Positions 1 to 16,300 of a DNA stretch of 64,000 bases are shown here, piece by piece (position 1 is the stretch's first letter; every line of letters starts with the position of its first letter). The stretch comes from the human T2T-CHM13v2.0 reference genome, Homo sapiens. A program made the translations under genes and the position numbers. Below the pieces are notes generated by a model. That model was given only the letters and a program-made list of their open reading frames with translations, had not been told where the DNA came from and searched no databases. The stretch lies in assembly GCF_009914755.1 (NCBI RefSeq), contig NC_060948.1. The stretch is one strand, 5' to 3'.

Positions 1-1375
1 TTGTTGGGGGTAGGAACTCAATAGTGAGATTGTTAAATTGGATGTTAGATTTATTTTTAATTTTTTAAGAAATCGCCATACTATTTTCTGTAGAGATTGT
101 ACTAATTTACATTCTTATGAGCAACTTGAAAGCATCAACTTTTTACCACATTTGTGCAAACATATATTGCTTTTTGAATTTTTAATAATGCCATTCTGGA
201 TGGGGTAAGTTGATGTAACATTGTTTTAATTTGCATTTATCTGATGATTAATGGTGTTGAGCATTACTTCATTTGTGGTGAGCATTCATACATTTTCTTT
301 TGGGAAATATTTGTTCAGGTTATTTGTCTATATTTTAATGGGTATACTTGTGTTTGTTTTCTTTCTGCTTTAGTATTTTTTAGTTTAGTAAATATTAATT
401 TAAAACTTTTACTTATATTTGCTTATTAAACAAATTCAAATATTAGTTGTTGAATACATAATTTGCAAATGTTATCTCCTATGGATAACTGTTTATTTTA
501 TTTTTCATCCTGCATTAATTCATTTAATTTCTTCTAGCTGCATTGATTTGTCTCTAAAATTTCAGACATCAGCAGTACGTGATATCTCAATATTAGGATT
601 AAATGTAAATAATTTACTCTGTTGATAATTTTATTAGCTATGAAGATTTTTAATTTAGTTAGCTCCCATGTATTTATTTTTGTGTCTTTGCATTTTCTTT
701 CAGGGCCTTAATCATGAAGTCTTTGCCTAGATCAAAGTCAAGTAGAACCATTCCTCTTTTCTTTTAGAATTTTTTGGTTTTGTATCTTACATTTAAACCT
801 TTAATCCATGTTGTTTTAATTTGTACATATAGTAAAAGGCAGAGATCCAGTTTTATTTTTCTACATATGATGCAACTTAATGAATAGGGTACACATTTTC
901 TAATTTATATTTTGTCTCTTTTATCAAAAATCAGCTGCTCATAAGTATTTGGCTATATTTCTTGCTCTCTGTTCTGTTCCTTTGGACTGTGTGTTTATTT
1001 TTACAGCAGTTTCCATGCTGTTTTTGTTACTACAACCTTGTGTTAAAATTTGACATTCTGTAATGAGACAACATAATGCCTCCAGATTCTTTTTCTTAGA
1101 ATTGCTTTGGCTTTTAGGGCTCGTATTGGTTCCACACAATTTATATTTTTTTCTATATTTGTAAAAATGACATTGGTATGCTAGATAGATATAGCATAAA
1201 ATCTATAGATTGCTATGTTCAGCCTGGTTATTTTTACATTAATTTTTGTTTAAATCCATGAGCATAGGATATAGTTCTATTTGTTTGTCCTATAAAATTT
1301 TTGATCAGTGCTTTGTAGTTTTCCTAGTAGAGATATTTCATTTGCCTGGCTAAGTATGTTCCCAGGTATTTTTAG

Positions 1376-1682
<307 letters not shown>

Positions 1683-3204
1683 AGAAAACATTTATAAAAA
1701 GGATTGCATTCATGATCTATTTCTCAGCTTGGTTATGCCATTCTGGATGGGGTAAATTGATGTAACATAGTTTTAATTTGCATTTATCTGATGACTAGTG
1801 GTCATGAGCATTCTTCATTTGTGGTGAGCATTCATATATTTTGATATTTAGCAGTGCTACTAATTTGGGTAAATTAATTTTGTAACCTAAAACTTTACTA
1901 AATTTATTAATCACATCTAGAAATCTTGAAGGATACCTGAGGGTTTCTAGATAAAAGATTATATCATCAAAAAACAGAGATAGTTTGACTGTTTTTAAAT
2001 TTGGTGACCTTTATTACTTTTTTCTTGCCTGATTGGTCTGAGTAAGACTTCTAGTCCAGTTTTAATAGAAGTGGTGAAAGAAGTATCCTTTTCTTTTTTC
2101 AGTTTTTAGAAAAAATGTTTCAATATTTCCCCATTTACTATGAAATTGATTGTAGTTTTTATTACATACACTTTTTCTTATTTTGAGATTTTTTTCTAAG
2201 TCTAGTTTGCTGACAGTTATAATTGTTAGGCAATCCTGGATTTTATTGAAAGCTTTTTCTGCACCTATTAAGATGATCATATGTTTCTGTTTTTAATATT
2301 ATTTATGTGATGAATCACATTTACTGACTTGTGTTTTTATAGTTCTGCATCCCTGGAATAAAACCAACCTGATCATGGTAAATGGTCTTTTTGATATTAT
2401 GTTAGATTTGGTTTGCTAATATTTTAATAGGAATGTTTGAATCTTATTTCCATCTGAGATATTGGTCTGTAGTTTTGTATTTATATTATGTTTTTATTCT
2501 GGTGTTGTTTTCAAATGATTCTGACTTACGGAATGACCAATGTAGGATTCCCTCATTCTCAGTAATTTGGAATAGTTTCAGTAAAATTGATATGAGTTCC
2601 TGGCATGTCTACTAGAATTTAGCTGTGAATTTATCTGGTCCTTGGGAGATTCTTCATCTCACTGATTATTACTAGTCTGCTCATGATATCCATCTAGTTC
2701 TGATTAAATTAAGAGGGTTGTATGTGTCCAGAAATTTTTCAGATTCCTTTACCATTTCTAGTGTGTTTGCATATAGGCTGTGTTATAGTATCCTCTAACA
2801 ATCTTATAAACTTCTGGGGAGTCAGTTTTCATTTGTTCATTTTTAATTCTAATTGATCTTCTTCGAACCTCCTCTCTTCTTTTTTAATCTCTAGATAATG
2901 TTCTATTATTATGTTTATCTTTTTAATAAATTTGCTACTTTAATTGTTGTTGTTTCAATTTTATTCTGCTCTAAATATTCTTCTTTTTTCTTCTACTTAT
3001 TTTGGGTTTGGTTTGTTCTTGTTTCCCTTATTCTGTGAGGTGTGATGTTGGATTGTTAATTTGTGCTGTTTCTGACCTTTTGATGTAAGTGCTTAATGCT
3101 ATAGACATTTTTAATGCTGCTTTTCTGTATTCTAGATGTTTTGATAACTTGTTCAACTGACATCAGTAATTTCAGTTTAGAAATTTATTTTATTTTATGG
3201 TTCT

Positions 3205-3545
3205 TTTGGCTTTTATTTTAAGTTCAGGGGTACAAGTACAGATTTGTTACATAGGTAAATGAGTGTGATGGGGTTTATTCTGCAGATAAGTTTTTCACCC
3301 AGGTATTAATCCTAGTACCCCAGTGTTGTTCTCCTCTGTGTGTCTATGCCTTCTCATCATTTAGCTAGTACATACAAATGAGAATATGTAGAATTTAGTT
3401 TTCTGCTCTTGCATTAGTTGGCAAGGAATAATTGTGTCAGCTGCACTCATGTTTCTGCAAAGGACATGATCTCATTCTTTATTATGGCTGCATAATATTT
3501 CATGGCATGTATGTACCATATTTTCTTTATCCAGTATATCACTGC
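3205..3545 (-). mobile_element. 5'-truncated L1PA13-16-like 3' end
   Basis: ttttattttaagttcaggggtaca...gttacataggtaaa...aaggacatgatctcattc: L1PA 3' UTR motifs. Confidence 0.7.
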
Positions 3546-3614
3546 TAAACAAAAAAAAATAATTCAGGAGCAAATTTATTTTCACACATTTGCATAATTT
3601 TGAGAATTTATTTT

Positions 3615-3690
3615 CATTTTTTATTACACTTTAAGTTTTAGGGTATATGTGCACAATGTGCAGGTTTACTATACATGTATACATGTTCTA
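3615..3690 (-). mobile_element. Very short L1PA 3' terminal fragment
   Basis: ttattacactttaagttttagggtatatgtgcacaatgtgcagg is the reverse complement of the L1PA terminus. Confidence 0.7.
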
Positions 3691-4194
3691 AATTTGATAT
3701 GCTGTGGTCAAAGTAAATTCTATATAAAATTTTGATGTTTTTAGTTTATTGAGACTTATTTTGTGACCTATTATGTGGTCTATCTTGGAGAAGACATTAT
3801 CATATGCAGATAAAAATGCATATTTTTGAAGATTTTTGTTAAAATCTACTGTAAACATCTGTTATGTTTGTTTGTTCGAAAGGTAATTTAAGTTCAGTGT
3901 TTCTTTGCTGACTTTCTCTCTCAGTGATCTGTCTAGGAATTTCAGTCAAATGTTAAAGTTTTCCACTATTATTGTGTTGCTCTGTCTGTTTTTTATTAGA
4001 TCTAATGGTAATAAGTCTGGGACGTCCAGAGTAGAGTACACATATACTTAGTGTTGTTGTATTTTCTTGTTCAACTGATCATTTTATAATGTTATTTATT
4101 TTTTATTATCGTTGCTTTAAAATCTGTTTTATCTGATATGAGAATAGCTATTCTCGCCCACTTTTTGTTTTCCTTTTTATAAAATGCTGTTTTT

Positions 4195-4502
4195 GGCCAG
4201 GCTTGGTGATTGAGCACCTGTAATCCCAGCACTTTAGGGGGCTGAGGCAGGTGAATCATGAGGTCAGGAGATCGAGACCATTCTAGCTAACACAGTGAAG
4301 CCCCATTTCTACAAAAAAAAATACAAAAAATTAGATGGGCATGGTAGCACATACCTGTAGTCTCAGCTACTCAGGAGGCTGAGGCAAGAGAATTGCTTGA
4401 ACCCAGGAAGCAGAGGATGTAGTGTGCCAGAGGTTGTAGAGAGCCAAGACTGCATCACTGCACTTGGTGACAGAGTAAGACTCCATCTCTAAAAAACAAA
4501 AC
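4195..4502 (+). mobile_element. Alu (Sc/Y-like) SINE
   Basis: ggccaggc...tgtaatcccagcac...gagatcgagaccattctagctaac...A-rich tail. TSD aaaatgctgtttt at 4181-4193 and 4503-4515. Confidence 0.95.
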
Positions 4503-5064
4503 AAAATGCTGTTTTCTACTTCTGAACCTTGAGTCTATAATGGTCTTCATACATTAAATGGGTCTCTTGAAGGTAGATATATGGTTTGTGAATTGTAAAA
4601 TTTATGCAATCAACATATATCCTTAAGTGAGTTATTTAGATTATTTACATGTAATCCTAATATTGAAATATCAAGTACTGCTGAAGTCATTGTGTCAGTT
4701 TTTAGGGATTACTTATGTTACTGTTTATATACCCTTTGCATATTATGCCCTCAAAACTTTTTATTACAGTATGTAGCAATCATTTTCCTCAAAATTTAGA
4801 ACTTCTTTTAGCATTTGTTATAGAACTGATTTAGTGGTGACAAATTTTGTCTTGAAAACACTATTTATTCTTTATTTATAGAAATTATGTCTCCAATCTT
4901 TCAAAACAAAACAAAACAAAAATTTTGGCTGACAGTTATTACCTTTAAAGGAACTAAGGACTTTAAGTTCTCAAAAAAAAGGAGTAAAATTTTCCATAAA
5001 ATTGTCTCTAAAATTTCAGACATCTAGTTTTTCTTTTGATCTTGCAGTTTATTTATTTCTTTGT

Positions 5065-5410
5065 TTATTTTTTGAAACTTTATTTTAGGTTTACAGGGTA
5101 AATGTGAAGGTTCATACTTCAGTAAATTGCATGTTGTGGAGATTTGGTGTGCAAATGAATTCACTGCCCAAATTGTGAACATAGTATTTCACTCATAGTT
5201 TTTCTACTTATACCCACTTTCCACCTTCCTTTTTTAAGTAACTCTTGGTGTCTATTGTTTTTTTCTTTAAGACCACTTGTATTCAGTATTTAGTAAAAAC
5301 TTATAAGTGAGAAAATATGATATTTAATTTTTCATCCTGCATTAATTCACTTAAAGTAATGTCCTCTAGCTGCGTCCATGTTGCTGCAAGAAATATAATT
5401 TTTTCCATGA
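5065..5410 (-). mobile_element. Truncated L1PA15/16-like 3' end
   Basis: ttttattttaggtttacagggta...cttataagtgagaaaatatg...ccatgttgctgcaag. Confidence 0.65.
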
Positions 5411-6048
5411 ATCAAATATTATAAAACAGCTTTTTAAACTTTTATTTTAAATTTAGCGGTACTACAATTTTTCCATCCATTTGTCTGCTAATAAATACTT
5501 GGGTTGCTTCCAAATCTTGGGTATTGTAAACAGTGGTGCAGCAAACATGAGTGCAGGTATTTCTTTGATATATTGATTTCCTTTCAGAAACATTTAATCA
5601 AAAGTAAAATTGCTGAATAATATGGTCCCTTTATTTTTAGATGCTTTGAAAAATTTAAAACTGTTCTTTGTAATTATTGTACTAATTAGCAATGAGAGTT
5701 CTCTTTCACACTACCTTCTAGTTAGCATTTTTTATTGCCTGTATTTTGGATAAAAGCTATTTTAACTGAGGTGAGATGAGATCTCATTGTAGTTTTAATA
5801 TGCAATTCTCTGATTATCAATTTTTTTTATATATATACGTTTAAGTTTTAGGGTACATGTGCACATTGTGCAGGTTCGTTACATATGTATACATGTGCCA
5901 TGCTGGTGCGCTGCACCCATTAACTCATCATCTAGCATTAGGTATATCTCCCGATGCTATCCCTCCCCCCTCCCCCCACCCCACAACAGTCCCCAGAGTG
6001 TGATATTCCCCTTCCTGTGTCCATGTGATCTCATTGTTCACTTCCCAC

Positions 6049-9865
<3,817 letters not shown>

Positions 9866-9928
9866 TATGATGTTAGCTGGTTATTTTGCTCATTAGTTGA
9901 TGCAGTTTCTTCCTAGTCTCGATGGTCT

Positions 9929-10945
9929 TTACATTTTGGCATGATTTTGCAGTGGCTGGTACCAGTTGTTCCTTTCCATGTTTAGCGCTTCCTTCAGGAG
10001 CTCTTGTAAGGCAGGCCTGGTGTTGACAAAATCTCTCAGCATTTGCTTGTCTGTAAAGTATTTTATTTCTCCTTCACTTATGAAGCTTAGTTTGGCTGGA
10101 TATGAAATTCTGGGTTGAAAATTCTTTTCTTTAAGAGTGTTGAATATTGGCCCCCACTCTCTTCTGGCTTGTAGGGTTTCTGCCGAGAGATCCACTGTTA
10201 GTCTCATGGGCTTCCCTTTGAGGGTAACCCGACCTTTCTCTCTGGCTGCCCTTAATATTTTTGCCTTCATTTCAACTTTGGTGAATCTGACAATTATGTG
10301 TCTTGGAGTTGCTCTTCTCGAGGAGTATCTTTGTGGCGTTCTCTGTATTTCCTGAATCTGAACGTTGGCCTGCCTTGCTAGATTGGGGAAGTTCTCCTGG
10401 ATAATATCCTGTAGCGTGTTTTCCAACTTGGTTCCATTCTCTCCATCACTTTCAGGTGCACCAATCAGACGTAGATTTGGTCTTTTCACATAGTCCCATA
10501 TTTCTTGGAGGCTTTGCTCATTTCTTTTTATTCTTTTTTCTATAGACTTCCTTTCTCGCTTCATTTCATTCATTTCATCTTCCATCACTGATACCCTTTC
10601 TTCCAGTTGATCGCATCAGCTCCTGAGGCTTCTGCATTCTTCACGTAGTTCTCGAGCCTTGGTTTTCAGCTCCATCAGCTCCTTTAAACACTTCTCTGTA
10701 TTTGTTATTCTAGTTATACATTCTTCTAAATTTTTTTCAAAGTTTTCAACTTCTTTGCCTTTGTTTTGAATGTCCTCCCATAGCTCAGAATAATTTGATC
10801 ATCTGAAGCCTTCTTCTCTCAGCTCATCAAAGTCATTCTCCATCCAGCTTTGTTCTGTTGCTGGTGAGGAACTGCGTTCCTTTGGAGGAGGAGAGGCACT
10901 CTGCTTTTTAGAGTTTCCAGTTTTTCTGTTCTGTTTTTTCCCCAT
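9929..10945 (-). pseudogene. L1 ORF1p, N-terminal part interrupted, C-terminal 219 aa open
   Basis: ATG (cat at 10943-10945). ORF 9929-10588 contains RPNLRLIG...YPAKLSF...QPLQNHAKM. Confidence 0.92.
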
Positions 10946-11401
10946 CTTTGTGGTTTTTATCTACTTTTGGTCTTTGATGATGGTGATGTACAGATGGGTT
11001 TTTGGTGTGGATGTCCTTTCTGTTTGTTAGTTTTCCTTCTAACAGAGAAGACCCTCAGCTGCAGGTCTGTTGGAGTACCCTGCCGTGTGAGGTGTCAGTG
11101 TGCCCCTGCTGGGGGGTGCCTCCCAGTTAGGCTACTTGGGGGTCAGGGGCCAGGGACCCACTTGAGGAGGCAGTCTGCCCATTCTCAGATCTCCAGCTGC
11201 GTGCTGGGAGAACCACTGCTGTCTTCAAAGCTGTCAGACAGGGATATTTAAGTCTGCAGAGGTTACTGCTGTCTTTTTGTTTGTCTGTGTCCTGCCCCCA
11301 GAGGTGGAGCCTACAAAGGCAGGCAGGCCTCCTTGAGCTGTTGTGGGCTCCACCCAGTTGGAGCTTCCCGGCTGCTTTGTTTACCTAATCAAGCCTGGGC
11401 A

Positions 11402-11638
11402 ATGGCGGTCGCCCCTCCCCCAGCCTCGCTGCCGCCTTGCAGTTTGATCTCAGACTGCTGTGCTAGCAATCAGCGAGACTCCGTGGGCGTAGGACCCTCC
11501 GAGCCAGATGTGGGATATAATCTCGCGATGCGCCGTTTTTTAAGCCTGTCAGAAAAGCGCCATATTCGGGTGAGAGTGACCCAATTTTCCAGGTGCCATC
11601 CATCACCCCTTTCTTTGACTCAGAAGGGAACTCCCTGA
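11402..11638 (+). CDS. LINE-1 ORF0-like antisense ORF, 78 aa, open
   Basis: MAVAPPPASLPPCSLISDCCASNQRDSVGVGPSEP... matches the primate L1 ORF0 N-terminus. It lies in the L1 5' UTR, antisense. Confidence 0.7.
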   Translation: MAVAPPPASLPPCSLISDCCASNQRDSVGVGPSEPDVGYNLAMRRFLSLSEKRHIRVRVTQFSRCHPSPLSLTQKGTP

Positions 11639-12674
11639 CCCCTTGTGCTTCCCAAGTGAGGCAATGCCTTGCCCTGCTTTGGCTCGTGCACGGTGCGCGC
11701 ACCCACTTACCTGCGCCCACTGTCTGGCACTCCCTAGTGAGATGAACCTGGTACCTCAGATGGAAATGCAGAAATCACCCGTCTTCTTCGTCGCTCACGC
11801 TGGGAGCTGTAGACCGGAGCTGTTCCTATTTGGCCATCTTGGCTCCCCCCGCCCCCATGATCAATGTTGATTACCTTTTTCTATTCATATTTGTCTTTTT
11901 TATATCTTCTTTTGAAAAGCATTTATTCATGCATTTTTGCTAATTTTTCAATTGAATTATCATATTTCTAGCAGTTGTTTGAGCTTCTTATGTATTGTGT
12001 TTATTAATCTCTTAGATGAGTAGTTCACAAATGTTTTCTCCCATTCTGTGTATTGTCTCTTCACTTTGCTTTTTTTGTTGTTGTTTTTTTTTTTAGTGCA
12101 GGAGGTTTTAAAATTGGTGATCCCACATACACATTTAAGCTTTGGTTATTAGTGCTTGTATAATATTACTTTAAAACTATTTTTGCCTAGCTCATTGGCC
12201 TGAATCATGCTCCCAATTTTTGGAGTTGATTTATAATTTAAGGTCTTATATTTAAGTCTTTCATCTTTTTTGATTTATCACATATAATAAGAGGTAAGGA
12301 CCTGGATTCATTTTTCTCCATATTTATATCTATTTTTACAACAGTTTTTGAAAAGACTGACATTTTTCTTACATTCATTTTGCAATTTTGCCAAAAATAA
12401 ATTTACTGTAGGTGTATGAATTTGCTTTGGAGTTCCTCTATTCTGTTGCCTTGCCCTGTGTGTTTATTTGTATGTCAATACCATCCTGTTTGGTTACTAC
12501 ACTTCATAATATAATTTAAAGTCAAATCATGTGATTCCTCCTGTTGTGTTCTTTTTGCTCAGAATAGTTTTGGCTATTCTGAGACTTTCATGATGCCATA
12601 TGTTTTAGAATAGTTTTTTATAATTATATAAATAAAGTTATTGTTATTTTTTATAGTGACTGCATTAAATCTGT

Positions 12675-13098
12675 GATTATCTTAGGCCCATAAATCACTA
12701 AGCTAAAAAGAAAAGTCTAACTGGGATCTGCTTAAGGCAATCCTGCCTCCCATTGTATTCAAAGTCACCACTTTGCACACTGAGATAAATGCATATCTTA
12801 TTGCCTCTTTTGAAGAGGCTAATAAGACAGCAACAGTTTGTCTCTTATCTACTGATGATCTAGAAGCCCCCTCCCTGCTACAAGTTGTCTCTCTTTTCCA
12901 GACCAAAGCAACGTTCATGTTAGGTATTTTGATTGTTGTCTCATGTCTCCCTAAAATGTATAAAACCAAACTTTGACCACTTTGGGCACATGTGGTCAGG
13001 ACAGGCTGAGGTTGTGTAATGGTCAAGAGTCCTCAACCTTGGCAAAATTGACCTCCTAAGTTAAATAAGACCTGTCTCAGATTTTCACAATCCTTACA
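12675..13098 (+). mobile_element. MER4A1-like ERV1 solo LTR
   Basis: atcactaagctaaa...cctgcctcccatt...gagataaatgcatatc...gtctccctaaaatgtataaaacc...cctcaaccttggcaaaat are MER4-family motifs. Ends ...ttaca. Confidence 0.8.
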
Positions 13099-13343
13099 TT
13101 GACTTTGGTAGTAAGGATGTTTTACAATTTTACTGCTTTCAATAAGTGAGCATAGAATAACCTTTATTAGAGGATGTCCACTTCAATTTTTTCATCAGTG
13201 TTTTAAAGATTTTATTACAGAGATCATTCAGTTTTAGTTATTTTCTGTGTATTTTATTTGTGCTATTGTAAGTGGATTTACTTTTCTGTTGCTTTTTCAG
13301 GTTGCTTTTACATAAAATGCTACTGGTTTTTGTATGTTCATTT

Positions 13344-16300
13344 ATTTCTTGACTGACTTACTCTTACTTTAAGCTTTGAAATAAATGTGCAGAATGTGCA
13401 GGTTTTTTACATGAGTGCAGTGGTGGTTTGCTGCAGCTATTGACCTGCCATCTAGACTTTAACCCCTGCATGCCTTACATTTTGTCCTGATGCTCCATCT
13501 TCCCTCCAACCCCAACAGGCCCAGGTGTGTGTTGTTCATCTTCTTGTATTCATGTGTTCATATTTTTCAACTCTCACTTGTAAGTTAGAACATGTGATGT
13601 TTGATTTTCTATTCCTATGTTAGTTTGCTGAGCATGATAGCTTCCAGAATAATCTGTGTCTCTGAAAATGACATAATCTCATTCCTATTATGGCTGCATA
13701 GTATTCCATGGTGTATATGTACCATATTTTATTTATCCAGTCTATTATTGCTGGACATTTTGGTTCATTTCGTGTCTTTGCTATTGTGAACAGTGCTGCA
13801 ATAAACATACATGTGCATGTATCTTTATAATAGAATAATTTATATTCTTTTATGTATATACCCAGTAATGAGATTGCTAGATCAAATGGTATTTCTGGTT
13901 CTAGCTCAGTGAGGAATGGTCACACTGTCTTCCACGGTGGTTGAAACAATTTACATTCTCACCAACAATAGAAAAGATTTCCTGTTTCTCCAATACCTTG
14001 TCAGTATCTGCTGTTTCTTGACTTTGTAATAATTGCCATTCTGACTGGTATATTATTGTGGTTTTGGTTTCCATTTCTCTAATGATCAGTAATCTTTTAT
14101 TTAATGTTTACTGACTACATAAATGTTTTCTTTCGAGAAGTGTCTCAAATACTTTGCCCACTTTTTGATGAAGTTGTTTGTTTTGTCCTTGAAAATTTGT
14201 TTACATTCCCTGTAGATTCTGAATATTAGACCTTTGTCAGATTAGTAGATTGCAAAAATTTTCTCCCATTCTGTAGGTTGCTTGTTCAGTGTGATGTTAG
14301 TTTCTTTTGCTGTGCCAAAATTATTTAATTTAATGTAATTTCATATGTCAGTTTTAGCTTTTGTTGCAATTGCTATTGGAGATTGCATTTTAAAATATTT
14401 GCCCATGGCTGTTTTCTGAAAGCTATTGCCTAGTTTTTCTTTTTGAGGTTTTATGGTTTTGGGTTTTATATTTTAGTCCTTAATTTATCTTGAGTTAATT
14501 TTTGTGTAAGGTGAAAGTAACGGATCCACTTTCAGTTTTCTGCATATGGCTAGCCAGTTTTCCTGGCAACATTTATTAAATAGGGAATCCTTTTCCCATT
14601 GCTTGTTTTTGTCAGGTTTGTCAAAGATCAGATGGTTGTAGATGTTTGGTGTCATTTCTGAGATCTCTATTCTGTTCCATTGATACATCTGTTTTGGTAC
14701 CAGTACCATGATATTTTGGTTACTGTAGCCTTGTAATATAGTTTGAAGTCAGGTAGCGTAATGCTTCCAGCTTTGTTCTTTTTGCTTAGGATTGTCTTGT
14801 CTATGTGGCCTATTTTTGGGTTCCATATGAATTTTAAAGTAGTGTTTTCTAATTCTGTGATGAACGTCCATGGTAATTTGACAGGAATCGTATTTAATAT
14901 ATAAGTTACTTTGGGTGGTATAGCCATTTTTGTGATATTGATTCTTACTATCCCCAAAGACAAACTGTTTTCACATTTGTTTGTGTCCTTTCTTATTTCT
15001 TTGGGCAGTAGTTTTAGTTTGTTTTGAAGAGATCCTTCACATCCCCTGTTAGCTGTATTTCTAGGTATTTTATTCTCTTGTAGCAATTGTGAATGGGAGT
15101 TCATCCATGACTTGGCTTTCTGCTTGTCTATTGTTGGTGTATAGGAATGCTTGTGATTTTTACACACTGGTTTTGTATCCTGAGGCTTTGCTGAAGTTGC
15201 TTACCATCATAAGGAGTTTTTCAGCGGAGACAATAGAGTTTTCTAAATATAGGATTATGTCATCTGCAAACAGAGAGAATTTTAATATTTGAATAGTTCC
15301 TATTTGAATACATTTTATTTATTTCTCTTGCCTGATTGCCCTGATCAGAGCTTCAAATACTATGTTGAATAGGAATGGTAAGAGATGGTATCTGTGTCTT
15401 GTGCTGGTTTTCAAAGAGAATGCTTCCAGTTTTTGCCCACTCTGTATGATATTGGCTGTGGATTTATTATAAATAGTTTTTATTATCTTGAGATATGTTC
15501 CATTAGTACATAGTTTATTGACAGTATTTAGCATAAAGGAATATTGAATGTTATTGAAGAACTTTTCTGCATCTATTGAGATAATCATGGTTTTTGTCAT
15601 TGATTCTCTTTATGTGATGGATTATGTTTATTGATTTCTGTATGTTAAACCAGGTTGGTATCCCAGAAAAAAAGCCAATTTGATCATGATGGATAAGTTT
15701 TTGCTGTGCAGCTGGATTTGGTTTGTAAATATTTTATTGAGAATTTTCACTTCAATATTCATCAGTACTATTAGTCTGAAGTTTTTTGTTGATGTTGAGT
15801 CTCTGCCAGGGTTGGTGTCAGGAAGATTCTGGACTTACAAAATAGGTTAGGAAGGAGTTCTTCCTTTTCAATTGTTTGGAATAGTTTCTGAAGGAAGGGT
15901 GCCAGCTCCTTCTTGTACCACTTGTAAAATTCAGCTGTGAATCTTTCTGGCCCTGGGCTTTTTTTGGGGGGCAGGGGTTGGTAGGCTATTTATTACTGCA
16001 TCATTTTCAGAACTTGTTATTGGTCTATTCATCAATTTGACTTCTTTCTGGTTTAGCCTTGGAAGAGTGTATGGGTCTCAGAATTTATCCATTTCTTCTA
16101 GATTTTCTAATTTATTTGCACAGTGGTGTTTATAGTGCTGTCTGATGGTAGACTGTATTTCTGAGGAGTCAGTGGTGATATCCCATATATCACTGTTTAT
16201 TGTATCTATTTGATTCTTCTCTATTTTTTTCTTTATTTTAGTATAGCTAGGATTAAGTTTCTTAAAAAACAAGCTCCTTGATTTACTGATTTGTTAAGGG

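Noticed and set aside
5960-5985. G-quadruplex-forming tracts in L1 3' UTRs (also ~45378-45400 and ~36489-36508)
   Set aside because: A standard feature of L1PA 3' UTRs.
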